Shown piece by piece: positions 31,250 through 41,738 of a stretch of DNA of 64,000 nt. The notes below the pieces were generated by a model that worked only from the letters and a program-made list of their open reading frames with translations, made no database searches and had not been told where the DNA came from. Made by a program: the position numbers and the translations under genes. The stretch's first letter is position 1; each line of letters starts with the position of its first letter. Source of the DNA: a bacterium (GTDB lineage: Bacteria; Zhuqueibacterota; Zhuqueibacteria; Residuimicrobiales; Krinioviventaceae); assembly GCA_963674595.2 (NCBI GenBank), contig CAXXFV010000014.1:32001-96000 (forward strand). Reading direction: 5' to 3'.

Positions 31250-31533
31250 AATGGACAATGTAGGTATTTTTCACATGTTCGGCAAGCAGGAAAATCTTGA
31301 GCCAATGAAACAATACTTTTTTCACAAAAACAGAAAATATTGATCTAAATCAAAATTTGTGAAAGTAAAAATCCATATACTTAACTTACTGTATTATATT
31401 CAATCTAAAATCAACCAGGCTCTTTTTATTTGATAATTGGCCCAAAATCATTAAATTCTATTAACTTTTGAATCTTGCCAAAATATCAGATATGATATTT
31501 TTATCCATTATATTTACTATGAGAGGCATAACC

Positions 31534-33184
31534 ATGAAAATTATGAAAACAAGCTTTATCATACTGTTTATTGTTTTCGGATACAGTTTGTCATTTGCTG
31601 CTCCTGAAAACAAAAAAACAGAATCTTTTGAAAACCATCAAATATCTTATAAAAAAATAGAGAATATTGTTTCTGCGACAAATCAAAAAATTATGACCCC
31701 CCAAACCATACATATCGTCTTTCCGGACACATCTCTGGAAAAAGTCGTCAGACAGGTCTTAGGAAAGCCAACCGGAGATATTCTTGAAACAGATATGGAA
31801 TCTATCATTTCTTTAAATGCTGAAGGTAAAGGCATTTATGATTTAACAGGGCTGGAGTACGCCGTTAATATGTCCGAGCTGAATCTTTCGAATAACCAAA
31901 TAAGCGACATCTCCTCTTTACAATACATGCCCGGTTTGACACAACTCTATATTTATAACAATAAAATTGCCGATATATCACCTATTGCCAATCTAACAAA
32001 CCTGGTCACGGTTTCATTTTACACAAACCAAATCAGCGATATTTCAGCACTAGGAAACTTGACAAACCTGAAATCACTCTATCTGGGATGGAATTATATC
32101 AGCGATATTGATGTGTTGGCTAGCCTTACAGAATTACTGGATCTGGATTTCACAGCAAATCTTATATCAGATATAAGTGCAGTTGCCAATCTTACCAATT
32201 TAAACACACTTTTTCTATCGACAAATAATATTAATGATATTTCAGAGTTACAGAGTTTAACCGCGCCTGTCATTAATAGACCTCTCATGGAACAAAATTT
32301 CTGATATTACTCCTTTACAAAATTTGACGAATTTAATCAACCTGTATCTTTCCGGGAATAAAATAAACGACATAAATATTTTACAAAATTTTTCAGCCAT
32401 TGAATTACTCTTTCTTAAATCAAATCAACTGGACAATAGTGACTTGTTACAACTTTACAATCTAAATAACATGTACATTCTTAATTTACAGGATAATCCC
32501 GGAATCATCAGCGGGAGTGCTGTGCAGACATTGGCAGACAATCTTGCCGCTATGAATTGTGAAGATATTACCTGGGACGGCACCTGCGGAGTTGATTCCA
32601 ACAAAGCTGTGATCTGTTGGGTATCTGCCGATACAACAGAATCCGGAGAAACCGTCACGGTCCAGGCAACAGCGACTAATTCTTCTCAATCACAGCTAAA
32701 AATGCAAATCAACTGGGGTGACGGGAATATATCCGAATATTCCTCTTTACAGGACAATGCTTCGACTTTTGAATTTCAACATATTTATTCTACAGCCGGA
32801 AACATTTGATATTACAGTAACAGCGCAAAACAACCAGAACCAGGAAATCGGTGTTTCAAAATCGGTTGCCATTATAATTACCCGGTTCAAGTTTGGTTGA
32901 AAAAAATGATAATGCTTTGCCGGAAATTTTATTATGGCAAAATTATCCGAATCCATTTAATCCGTCCACAACAATCCGTTATGAGTTAGCCAAAGCCGAA
33001 CATGTTACTTTGTCTGTTTACAATTTGACCGGACAAAACATTGCCACATTAACAAACGAATTTCAATCAGCCGGTACGCATGAGATAAAATGGACCCCTG
33101 ACAATCTGCCCACCCGGAATTTATTTCTATAAATTATATGTAGGAAATGTGGTTAAAACCCGAAAATTTATCTTACAAAAATAA
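31534..33184 (+). CDS. Secreted internalin-like LRR protein with PKD-like and FlgD-Ig/T9SS-type C-terminal domains; four apparent frameshifts
   Basis: Signal peptide; 'FPDTSLE' cap; 22-aa 'L.NL..L.L..N.ISDIS.L' repeats; 'INWGDG' PKD; 'QNYPNPFNPST'. One ORF results if single bases are removed at ~32262, ~32801, ~32882 and ~33114. Confidence 0.82.
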
Positions 33185-33214
33185 GTAAATCATTAACCAA
33201 ACGCGAATAAAAAT

Positions 33215-34223
33215 GTGAACAGTTATAAAAGATATACAGCCCTGTTATCCGGTAAGCCCGCAGATATTCTCCCCTGCATTCCCTATTGTAATGCATTTTG
33301 CTGCAGAATATATCAACAAAACCTATGCGGATTTCGCCTCTGATTATAATGTACTGGTCGAAGCAAACAGCGCCTGCGCCAGAGATTTTTCATTTGATCA
33401 ATTAAGCGTCATTTCAGATCCGTATCGGGAAACGCATGGTTTCGGCGCGGAAATTAAATATCATGCCAACAGGGTACCGGAATGTATTTGTCCGCCGTTA
33501 TTTGATTCCAAAGATTTATCATTATTAAAAGCACCAAATCCGTTAACCTCCGAAAGAATGCTGGACCGCGTCAACGGGGTTAAACTTTTTCATGAAAAAT
33601 ATGTCAAACAATATTCCATTTTAGGCTGGGTGGAAGGCCCGGCTGCATCGGCGGCAACGTTACGTTCGGTCGGTAATTTTCTCATCGACATTATTGATGA
33701 TATTCCATTTACCGAAAAACTGATGGATGTTTGTACACAAACGGCTATTGACTTCGCCAAGGCACAAATTACCAACGGTGCGGACACCATTGGTATCGGT
33801 GACGCCATTGCCAGTCAGGTTTCACCGGATATTTATGAAAAAATAATCCTGCCCCGAGAAAAACAACTTGTTGATGCCATTCACGATGCCGGAGCGTATG
33901 TAAGACTGCATATCTGCGGCAACATAACACACCTGCTGCCGGGAATTGCTGAACTGGACGTCGATATTCTGGATGTCGATTCCATGGTGGATTTAAAAAT
34001 CACCCGAAACAACGTGGGAACAAAGGTTGTCATTGCCGGTAATATTGATCCGGTACGGAACATAAAGATGGGCACCCCAATTGATATTCAGGATCATGTG
34101 CTGAAAAATTATAATGATGCGGGTAATCCGTTCATGATCAACGCAGGATGTGAAATCCCTGCAGCAACGCCCCATGAGAACCTGAAAGCGTTATGCAAAC
34201 CAATTGCTTATAAAGCCTATTGA
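33215..34223 (+). CDS. Uroporphyrinogen decarboxylase/MtaA-CmuA (MT2 methyltransferase)-fold protein; one apparent frameshift near 33272-33282
   Basis: GWVEGP, IGIGD, LHICGN, IAGNIDP and NAGCEIP (H-x-C...C Zn site). N-terminal 'MNSYKRY..L.G...D..P' starts at GTG 33215 in another frame. Confidence 0.82.
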
Positions 34224-34240
34224 TTTGTTAATAATATAAT

Positions 34241-34282
34241 AAAAATGCCGGATTGTAAAACATGTAACAATCCGGCGTTTTT
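34241..34282. terminator. Bidirectional intrinsic terminator
   Basis: AAAATGCCGGATTGT-loop-ACAATCCGGCGTTTTT between convergent genes. Confidence 0.78.
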
Positions 34283-34303
34283 ATCTAAATTCTACAAATA
34301 ATC

Positions 34304-35340
34304 CTAGGGAATCAGCACACCTTTTTAATGCTTTTAAATTTTCAATATCATCAAAAACCTGTTCCCAATCTTCCAACGGTTTTTTATGGGTGATTACTTT
34401 TTCCGGGATTATTTGTCCGTTGTGAATGAGATGAATGGACCTGTCCCAGGACTCGTAGCATGTTGAAAGATTAAAATTAACATCCACCACCTTGAAAGCA
34501 AATTTATCCCAGGGTACAACAACGTCCTTGTTTCCGGTTAATCCGATGACACAAATCTTGCCCATTTTGCGGACAAGGTCTACCGTCATGGGGATGGCTT
34601 TTGGTGAACCACTGCATTCCACCACAATGTCCGCACCGAGGCCGTTTGTCATTTCCAGAACAGCTTCAACCGGATCGGTTTCACCGATATTGATAATATT
34701 ATCAAATCCCAATTCTTTCGCAGTCCTTAAAACGAAGATCAACATCTCCCGGTGTTCCGACAAGCACAACCTCTCTGGCACCGGCAGCCCGTGCCACCAT
34801 AGCGCCGATGAGTCCGATCGGGCCGGGACCCTGGATAACCACAAAATCACCGGCCGTGACTTTGGTGTGAAGAATAAGGTCTGTTACAATATTGGCTGTG
34901 GGTTCCACAATCACAGCCTGGTCCCATGACATGGTCTCCGGGATTTTGTGTAACAATTTTTCAGGGTAACAGATATATTTGGTCATGCCGCCGTGAATGC
35001 CCCATCCGGGTGAGCGTTTTTGCGGACATATTTGTATATTGCCGGTGCGGCACAAATAGCAGGAACCGCAGGCCAGGGTATGCGGTTCTGCCACAATTTT
35101 ATCACCGATTTTTAAATTTTTACACTCTTTACCAAGTTCAATAACCGTTCCGGTAAACTCGTGTCCAAGAATAACCGGCGGCCAATAGGGAAATTTATCA
35201 TGACGTATATGTATATCCGAGCCGCAAATACCGCAAGCGGCAATTTCTATCTTAACCTCATCAGGTTTGGGTTGAGGTTCGGGCATGTCCACAATTTCTA
35301 TATGACCGACTCCTCGCTGGGTCTTAACTAATGATTTCAT
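34304..35340 (-). CDS. Zn-dependent medium-chain (sorbitol/threonine-DH-like) dehydrogenase; two apparent frameshifts (~34726, ~34324)
   Basis: GICGSD, GHEF, C..C..C...C structural Zn site and GPGPIG; C-terminal half 'GADIVVECSG...VITH..PLEDW...KGVLIP*'. Confidence 0.88.
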
Positions 35341-35472
35341 AAAATTCCTTTATAATTCGGCAATCATTATTCTTTTAAAACTTTCGTTTTTAAAAAATAT
35401 TCAGGAAACAACTCCTGGACTTGGTCCGGCATCCGGTTTCAAGCCCCACATCTTGCAGTAAAGTGTTCTATG

Positions 35473-36690
35473 TCAATCCAATTTTGCAATATAATTAGCA
35501 ATTACACCGGCGGTCCGTTCTATATCCGACATTTTAATCTGTTCGTCCTTTGAATGCGCTACAGTCAAAGTTCCCGGACCGTAAACAACCGTTGGTATGT
35601 TGAGAATATTATTGTAAAACCATGCATCACAGGAAGCGGTCATAGCATCTATTTTCAAATCAGCTTTCACATCCTTTGCGGCTCCCAGTAACCTTTGCGG
35701 CAATTCATGGTCCTGATTGACAACACTGCAATCGTGTCGATAGGTAAATCTCAGATCAAATTCACCATTAATATTATCCTTTAAACACGCCAGCATTTCT
35801 GTGCAAATGTCTTCTTTTGTTTTGTTGGGTAAAAATCCAAGTACACCTTCCAGAATAGCTTTATTGGGCGGTGATGCCGGCCAGTTTCCGGCTTCCAGTT
35901 TACCAAAGGTTAAAGGCATGGGATTTGGATAATCATCAAAAAGAGCAAGACCTTTTGATGATTGCAATAATTCTTTGTGATAATTTATTAGACATGTCAT
36001 GGCCTCGTGGGCAAGCAGAAGCGCGCTTTTTGTATTGGCAACGGTACCACTGTGACCGGCAATGCCTTTAAATTCAATACGAAACCAGACAGCACCGCGA
36101 ATGGACGTTAAAATTTTATTGTCACTCGGTTCCAGAACAATGCAGGCATCAGCCTGCGGATTATGGTTACGGACCATTGCCAGCGACCCGTTACCGCCGT
36201 TTTCTTCTTCAACAACAATATGGGCTTCGACACTATTATTCAATTCAGCCTGGCAGTCTTTTAAGGCCTTCATAATTAAATAAATCGCCGCCACCTGTCC
36301 CTTTGCATCACAGGCGCCTCGTGCAAAAATGGTATCATCTTTCATGGTCGGTTCATAAGGGCCGACCATTCCGACTGACGGCGGAACGACATCCACATGA
36401 CTGTTGAGCAGCACTTTTTTACCGTTTTTATTTCCCTTCAGCTTTACGCGGACATTAAAACGACCATCGTATTCAATATCTTCAATAGGACCGGCATAGT
36501 CCGGATCATTACGTAAACTGTTTGACAAGGGCACTTTTTCAACATCAAGACCTATTTTTTCAAACTCGGCCGCAATAAACTCCATTGCCTGGTGTTCCTG
36601 TCCCGATGTTGACGGGAACTTTAACAGCTCGCATAAAAAATTTTGACAGTCATCCAAGTGTTTGTTGACTGTTTTTTCTATATCAATCAT
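35473..36690 (-). CDS. ArgE/DapE-family M20 deacylase
   Basis: LNSHVDVVP, ARGACDAKG, VEEENGG, VLEP, SCDA, YGPG and AHSKDE. Confidence 0.9.
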   Translation of the reverse strand: MIDIEKTVNKHLDDCQNFLCELLKFPSTSGQEHQAMEFIAAEFEKIGLDVEKVPLSNSLRNDPDYAGPIEDIEYDGRFNVRVKLKGNKNGKKVLLNSHVDVVPPSVGMVGPYEPTMKDDTIFARGACDAKGQVAAIYLIMKALKDCQAELNNSVEAHIVVEEENGGNGSLAMVRNHNPQADACIVLEPSDNKILTSIRGAVWFRIEFKGIAGHSGTVANTKSALLLAHEAMTCLINYHKELLQSSKGLALFDDYPNPMPLTFGKLEAGNWPASPPNKAILEGVLGFLPNKTKEDICTEMLACLKDNINGEFDLRFTYRHDCSVVNQDHELPQRLLGAAKDVKADLKIDAMTASCDAWFYNNILNIPTVVYGPGTLTVAHSKDEQIKMSDIERTAGVIANYIAKLD

Positions 36691-36711
36691 TTATATTTCC
36701 AGTTTAATCAA

Positions 36712-38028
36712 TTACAAACTTTTTAAAACATTTTTCATAATGTTGACACTTTCATCCGCTTCTTCCTGCGTAATAACAAGCGGCGGGGCGACACGGATCA
36801 CATTACCAAACGCACCGACACTGCCGACCAAAAGTCCGTTTTCGGCACATTTTGTAATAATGGTTTTTATTAGATCGGACGCCGGTTCCTTGGTTTGTTT
36901 GTCTTTAACAAATTCCATTCCCATAACCAGTCCCATTCCGCGAACATCGCCGAGGTATTTACACTCGTCTTTAAGGCCGGATAATTTTTCCAGCATATAA
37001 GCGCCCATCTTGGCGGAATTGTCTACCAGGTTTTCATTTTCAAAAATATCAAGTACAGCCATAACAGCCGCAGAAGAAACAGGGTTACCACCCAGGGTAC
37101 TGGACATTTCACCTTTGCTTAAACAGGAAAAAACCTCAGTCGTTGAAGCAATGGCAGATACCGGAATACCACAACCAATGGCTTTTCCAATGGTTACAAC
37201 ATCAGGCTTGACATCTTCATGTTCCATGGCCCACATTTTTCCGGTGCGTCCGTAGGAAGCCTGGACCTCGTCCAAAACAAACAACAGTCCATTGTTATGG
37301 GCCCAGAGTTCCAGTTTTTTCAACCAGCCCTTTGGCGGAAAAATAAATCCGGCCGCGCCCTGATAGGGTTCCACAAAAACCCCGGCAAGACTACCAGTCG
37401 AATTAGCCCGAATGACACCTTCCATATAATCAAAAAATCGACCATAATCCGGTCCGTCATTACACCAGCCGAACGGATCACGATAGGGATTAGGATAGGG
37501 TACACGAATAATACCCGGTACAGACGGGCCGTAACCTTTTTTCGGACCAGCCATTCCGCCTATAGAAGCCGACGTACCTGTCCGGCCATGGAATCCGCCT
37601 TCAAAGGAGATAATTTCATATTTTCCGGTTTTTCGTTTAATCAACCGGCTGGCTGCTTCAATGGCCTCACTTCCGGTACTGAGGAAAAAACATTTATCCA
37701 AATGATCGGGCAAGGCTTTAACAAATCGTTCAGAAGCTTCAATTCGATAGGTGTTGGCACATTCATAATTGTTGAGCAGGTCTTCCATTGCTTTTTGCGA
37801 CTCTTTAACAAGATGCGGGTGGCAATGCCCCACATTGGTCACCAGCACACCGGAGGTCCAGTCAATAAAAGTATTACCGTCCACGTCCTCGACCTGACAT
37901 CCTTTTGCCTTTTTCCAGACAACAGGGGCCTGAAACCCGGTTACATCAGCTTCATATTGATACCATTTTTTTAACAGCTCTGCACTCTTTGGACCGGGAA
38001 TCGGGGTTTTTATATTGGTAATTGCCAT
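36712..38028 (-). CDS. Class III PLP-dependent aminotransferase (GabT-like)
   Basis: DVDGN.FID, NVGHCHP, STGSEA, FHGRT, EPYQG, DEVQASYGRTG, PDVVTIGK (PLP Lys), TLGGNP and DVRGMGL. Confidence 0.92.
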   Translation of the reverse strand: MAITNIKTPIPGPKSAELLKKWYQYEADVTGFQAPVVWKKAKGCQVEDVDGNTFIDWTSGVLVTNVGHCHPHLVKESQKAMEDLLNNYECANTYRIEASERFVKALPDHLDKCFFLSTGSEAIEAASRLIKRKTGKYEIISFEGGFHGRTGTSASIGGMAGPKKGYGPSVPGIIRVPYPNPYRDPFGWCNDGPDYGRFFDYMEGVIRANSTGSLAGVFVEPYQGAAGFIFPPKGWLKKLELWAHNNGLLFVLDEVQASYGRTGKMWAMEHEDVKPDVVTIGKAIGCGIPVSAIASTTEVFSCLSKGEMSSTLGGNPVSSAAVMAVLDIFENENLVDNSAKMGAYMLEKLSGLKDECKYLGDVRGMGLVMGMEFVKDKQTKEPASDLIKTIITKCAENGLLVGSVGAFGNVIRVAPPLVITQEEADESVNIMKNVLKSL

Positions 38029-38080
38029 AGCAAACTTCCTTTATTTTTACAATCTCTAGAAAAAATCAATTCAATATCTT

Positions 38081-39070
38081 TTATTTCAACGTCTCTTTAT
38101 TAATAACACATCTGGCGTTTCCACCTTCAGCGCTGGAGATAATATCATTTAAAATACTCTTTCGGATTTCCCATCCGGCTTCAACCGACGCCCAGGCAAT
38201 ATGCGGTGTTAATATAACATTCTCGAATCCAAATAACGGGTAATCGGGTGAAGGCGGTTCCTTGTCATAAACATCAATCGCGGCACCGGCAATGGTTTTG
38301 TTGGCAATAGCTTCTGCCAGATCGTTAACATCGACCATGGGTCCGCGGGACGTGTTTACCAGATAAGCGGTTGGTTTCATTTTCGCCAAGGCTTCTTTAT
38401 TGATTAAATGAAAGGTTTCTTCCGTCAAAGGCGTATGGACCGTGATATAATCCGATTCCCGCAGCACCTGGTCTCTGGGAACAATATCAATACCCAGTTC
38501 TTTAATTTGTTCTTCAGACAGATAGGGATCACAGCCAAGAATGCGAAAACCAAAATGTTTTAATTTGCGGTAAACCCTGCTGCCGATTCGTCCCACACCG
38601 ATAATTCCCAGTGTTTTTCCGTGCAGGCGGTACATGGGGAACAAACCGGAAAAATCCCATTGGCCTGCCTGACTCGATTTGTCTAAAATTTTCCGGCTGG
38701 AAACCACTTTACGGGCACAGGCAAAAACCAGGGCAATGGCATGTTCCGCCACATCCTCTTTACAGTAATCCGGTTGAAAGGCGAACTGTATGCCGTAACG
38801 CGTACAGGCATTGACATCCACGTTATCATAACCGATACCATGACGGATTATAAGACGGCAGTTTTTTAATTTTGATAAAATTGAATCCGTCATAGGGACC
38901 ATATTGACGACAATAATATCAGCATCTATAATTTTTTCCAAAACTTTTTCTTCAGGCTGAAATTTTAACTGATAAGCTTCAAAATGAATGCCTTTCTTTT
39001 TCAGCTCTTCAGCTTCCCAATCCTGGTTATCATGAATGTAATCCGTAACAACAACTTTAATTTGGCTCAT
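38081..39070 (-). CDS. D-isomer-specific 2-hydroxyacid dehydrogenase (CtBP-like subfamily)
   Basis: RHGIGYDNVD, PDYC.EDVAEH, GIIGVGRIG, NTSRG, DVYDKEP and TPHIAW. Start at 39070. Confidence 0.9.
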   Translation of the reverse strand: MSQIKVVVTDYIHDNQDWEAEELKKKGIHFEAYQLKFQPEEKVLEKIIDADIIVVNMVPMTDSILSKLKNCRLIIRHGIGYDNVDVNACTRYGIQFAFQPDYCKEDVAEHAIALVFACARKVVSSRKILDKSSQAGQWDFSGLFPMYRLHGKTLGIIGVGRIGSRVYRKLKHFGFRILGCDPYLSEEQIKELGIDIVPRDQVLRESDYITVHTPLTEETFHLINKEALAKMKPTAYLVNTSRGPMVDVNDLAEAIANKTIAGAAIDVYDKEPPSPDYPLFGFENVILTPHIAWASVEAGWEIRKSILNDIISSAEGGNARCVINKETLK

Positions 39071-39072
39071 AT

Positions 39073-40134
39073 TTAGTCCACCTTTTCCCATTTTTTTGAT
39101 TGTGCCGATTTGTAAACAGCTTCAACAATTTTTAAAGCTGCCAGTCCGTCTTCACCGGTGATGGGAAGCGGCGTATTTTTCAACACGGCATCGGCAAATG
39201 CCTGAACATAGGCGAGTCCCATATACCCCGAATAACCTTTTACCGGTTCCAGTTCTAACTGAATTTCACGGCGGGGAGAGCCTTTATACTCCGGCATATC
39301 ACTGCAGATATTAAGCACGTCGTTATCACCTTCATAAGCCGGGGCCCAGGAAATGACACCTTTTGTGCCGCGAACAGACAGATACAAATCCCGGCCATGC
39401 GGAAAAGATTCCGGGACCGTATAACTGATATCCAGTGAAACAATGGTCCCTTTTTTAAACCGCAAGTGAGCAAAGGAATTATCTTCAATATCATACTCGG
39501 TGTTGATTTTAACATTTTGACCGCTCACCTCAGATACTTCATCCTCCAATATCCAGCGGAAAAGATCAATCCAGTGTACACCCAAATTATACATGGGACC
39601 ACCGCCGGACCGTTCTTTTTGCAGCATCCAGGGAGAATGTCCGATAATATATCGTTCCAGTTTGCCGGCTGCACATCGGCCTTCGGCGCCGACCAATTTA
39701 CCGATAATTCCGGACTGTACAATTTTTTTAAACTCAACCGAAGCCGGATGCAGACGCCAGCAATATCCGGTTGACAATTTTACATTGTTATCTGCTGCGG
39801 CTTTGATGATTTTTGCCGTATCGGAAGCAACAGCCGTCATTGGTTTTTCCACCATAAGATGAATGCCTTTTTGAGCACAGGCTATGGCCGCTGGGGCACA
39901 ATCCGCATGGGGCAAAAAGATGGCCGCCACATCCAATTGTTCTGCATTCAGCATTTTATTGAGATCGTCATATCCCTTGACGTTAAAATCATTACAAAAC
40001 GCATTTCTCAAATTTTCATTCGGTTCATAAACCGACGTCACCTCGGTTTCCTTGACCATTTCAAACAAAGGCATATACAATCGCGGATGAAGGTGGCCGA
40101 GTCCTATAATTCCAACTTTTAACGGTGATTTCAT
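39073..40134 (-). CDS. Gfo/Idh/MocA-family oxidoreductase
   Basis: GIIGLG, VEKP and GGG.MYNLGVHWIDL. Confidence 0.9.
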   Translation of the reverse strand: MKSPLKVGIIGLGHLHPRLYMPLFEMVKETEVTSVYEPNENLRNAFCNDFNVKGYDDLNKMLNAEQLDVAAIFLPHADCAPAAIACAQKGIHLMVEKPMTAVASDTAKIIKAAADNNVKLSTGYCWRLHPASVEFKKIVQSGIIGKLVGAEGRCAAGKLERYIIGHSPWMLQKERSGGGPMYNLGVHWIDLFRWILEDEVSEVSGQNVKINTEYDIEDNSFAHLRFKKGTIVSLDISYTVPESFPHGRDLYLSVRGTKGVISWAPAYEGDNDVLNICSDMPEYKGSPRREIQLELEPVKGYSGYMGLAYVQAFADAVLKNTPLPITGEDGLAALKIVEAVYKSAQSKKWEKVD

Positions 40135-40150
40135 TTTTTATATATATCTC

Positions 40151-41221
40151 CTATAATTCCCAAATACTTTCATCATCAACGACCGGCAATTCAATTTTAC
40201 AGTTTTTAGCAGCAGAATGATACATGGCCAGCACGGCTTCCAGAGTCGGCCGGACAGATGAAACAGGGATGATCACCTCATGATCATTCAAAATAGCGTC
40301 GATCATGTCCTGCACAACCACCTGATGATCTGCGAATCCAAATGCAGCCGGACCGGAAGCACCGGTCGCCTGCGCGGCATTACCTAAATTACGAATTTCT
40401 TCATCTTCCGGTAATTCGTCCTTAAAGCTCCATTTATCAATTTTCTCACCCAAAACAATAGCGGTCCCGTTTTCACCATTAATTTCAATACGAATATCCG
40501 TTCCCGGCCAAAAAGCAGTAGAAGCCTGAACCACACCCTGAGCGCCGTTTTTAAACTCAATAAAAGAAAGTAGTGTATCTTCCAGCTTGACGGACGGATG
40601 GGCCAAATTTTTCATCTGTGCCTGAACATTGGCCAGCGGTCCAACCAGGTAAACCAGCAAATCAATATAATGAAAAGCATGCTGGACCGTTACACCGGCA
40701 CCGGATTTTCGTGAACTGCGCCAGCCATCGCTGTGATAATATTCCGAGGAACGGTACCATTTCATATATGCATCTGCATTTAAAATTTTTCCAAATCGCC
40801 CCGAATCAATGGCCTTTTTCACGGCCTGAATGGATTTACGGACCCGGCTCTGCACAGTACACCCGAATCGCAAATTTGCAGCTTTGCAGGCCTCAATCAT
40901 CTCATCGGTTTCTTTTAAAGTCATTGCCGGTGGTTTTTCCACGATAATATGCTTGCCTGCCCGGCAACAAGCCATAACAGCGTCATAATGCAAATGGTTA
41001 GGTGTTGCGATATTTACAACATTAATACGATCATCTTTAAGCATCTCATCCAGGGATGTATAAACAGCAGCATCATGTTCCGATGCAAATTTTCCAGCGC
41101 GTTCTTTATCAACATCGCATACACCAATTAATTGACCATTTGTTGATGCTTTAATGGCATTTGCATGAAAGGGAGCCACCAGACCGGTCCCCAATATAGC
41201 GAATCCAATATTATCTTTCAT
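40151..41221 (-). CDS. Gfo/Idh/MocA-family oxidoreductase
   Basis: AILGTG, ATPNHLH, VEKP, KWYR..EYY..DGW and HAFHYIDL. Confidence 0.9.
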   Translation of the reverse strand: MKDNIGFAILGTGLVAPFHANAIKASTNGQLIGVCDVDKERAGKFASEHDAAVYTSLDEMLKDDRINVVNIATPNHLHYDAVMACCRAGKHIIVEKPPAMTLKETDEMIEACKAANLRFGCTVQSRVRKSIQAVKKAIDSGRFGKILNADAYMKWYRSSEYYHSDGWRSSRKSGAGVTVQHAFHYIDLLVYLVGPLANVQAQMKNLAHPSVKLEDTLLSFIEFKNGAQGVVQASTAFWPGTDIRIEINGENGTAIVLGEKIDKWSFKDELPEDEEIRNLGNAAQATGASGPAAFGFADHQVVVQDMIDAILNDHEVIIPVSSVRPTLEAVLAMYHSAAKNCKIELPVVDDESIWEL

Positions 41222-41385
41222 TATTTTCCTCCTTCAAATTAAAATCTCTCCACGAGAACATGGTAAACATCTGAACGCCCGTCCGGTTTATCGTGTCAGG
41301 AATAGTCAGTTATCTGTTTTTTTTAAGACTGTTCCTTTGGTTGCTTCAATCTTAAAACGATGGTAATATTTATAAACTTTTAAAT

Positions 41386-41422
41386 AAAAAAGCCATAACC
41401 TTATCTAAACGGCAATGGCTTT
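41386..41422 (-). terminator. Terminator-like hairpin in the leader of the catabolic operon
   Basis: Minus strand AAAGCCATtGCC-loop-GGTTATGGCTTT followed by TTTATTT. Confidence 0.45.
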
Positions 41423-41738
41423 GCTAAATTTCAGACAGTATATTTTAAATTGAAAAATAATAGTAATTAAATTCACGCGGCCGTACATATTAAAAAGGAC
41501 TTTCAAAATTTATTACCGGTAAAACAGTCAGGAAGAACGTTATTTTTCAAACATTCTTTAAGGAATAAAGTTTAAAAACTTAATAAAAATCGTCTTTATT
41601 TTCAAGATATTTCTCCCGCAATGAAATATTCATATAGAAATAATAATATCAAGAATTCGAAAATTTATATTTACTTTTGCATAATAATTCATACATTTTA
41701 TAAAAACCACATTCACACAATATTTTTAGAGGAATTGA

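Noticed and set aside
31860-32460. 66-bp periodicity that could mimic a repeat array
   Set aside because: Explained by 22-aa leucine-rich repeats in the coding frame; no identical direct repeats with unique spacers, so not CRISPR.
26760-34730. Calling rlmN, LKR, SDH, LRR, UroD-like, ADH and BNR genes pseudogenes or programmed frameshifts
   Set aside because: All lesions are +1 insertions, mostly in short homopolymers, spatially clustered, with motifs intact and no shared slippery signal. Sequencing error is more parsimonious.
37219-37974. 251-aa + strand ORF
   Set aside because: Lies wholly antisense to the aminotransferase; no recognisable motifs.
41440-41500. T-box riboswitch in the operon leader
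   Set aside because: No GGTGG.ACCGCG T-box consensus or specifier stem; kept only as a generic attenuator candidate.
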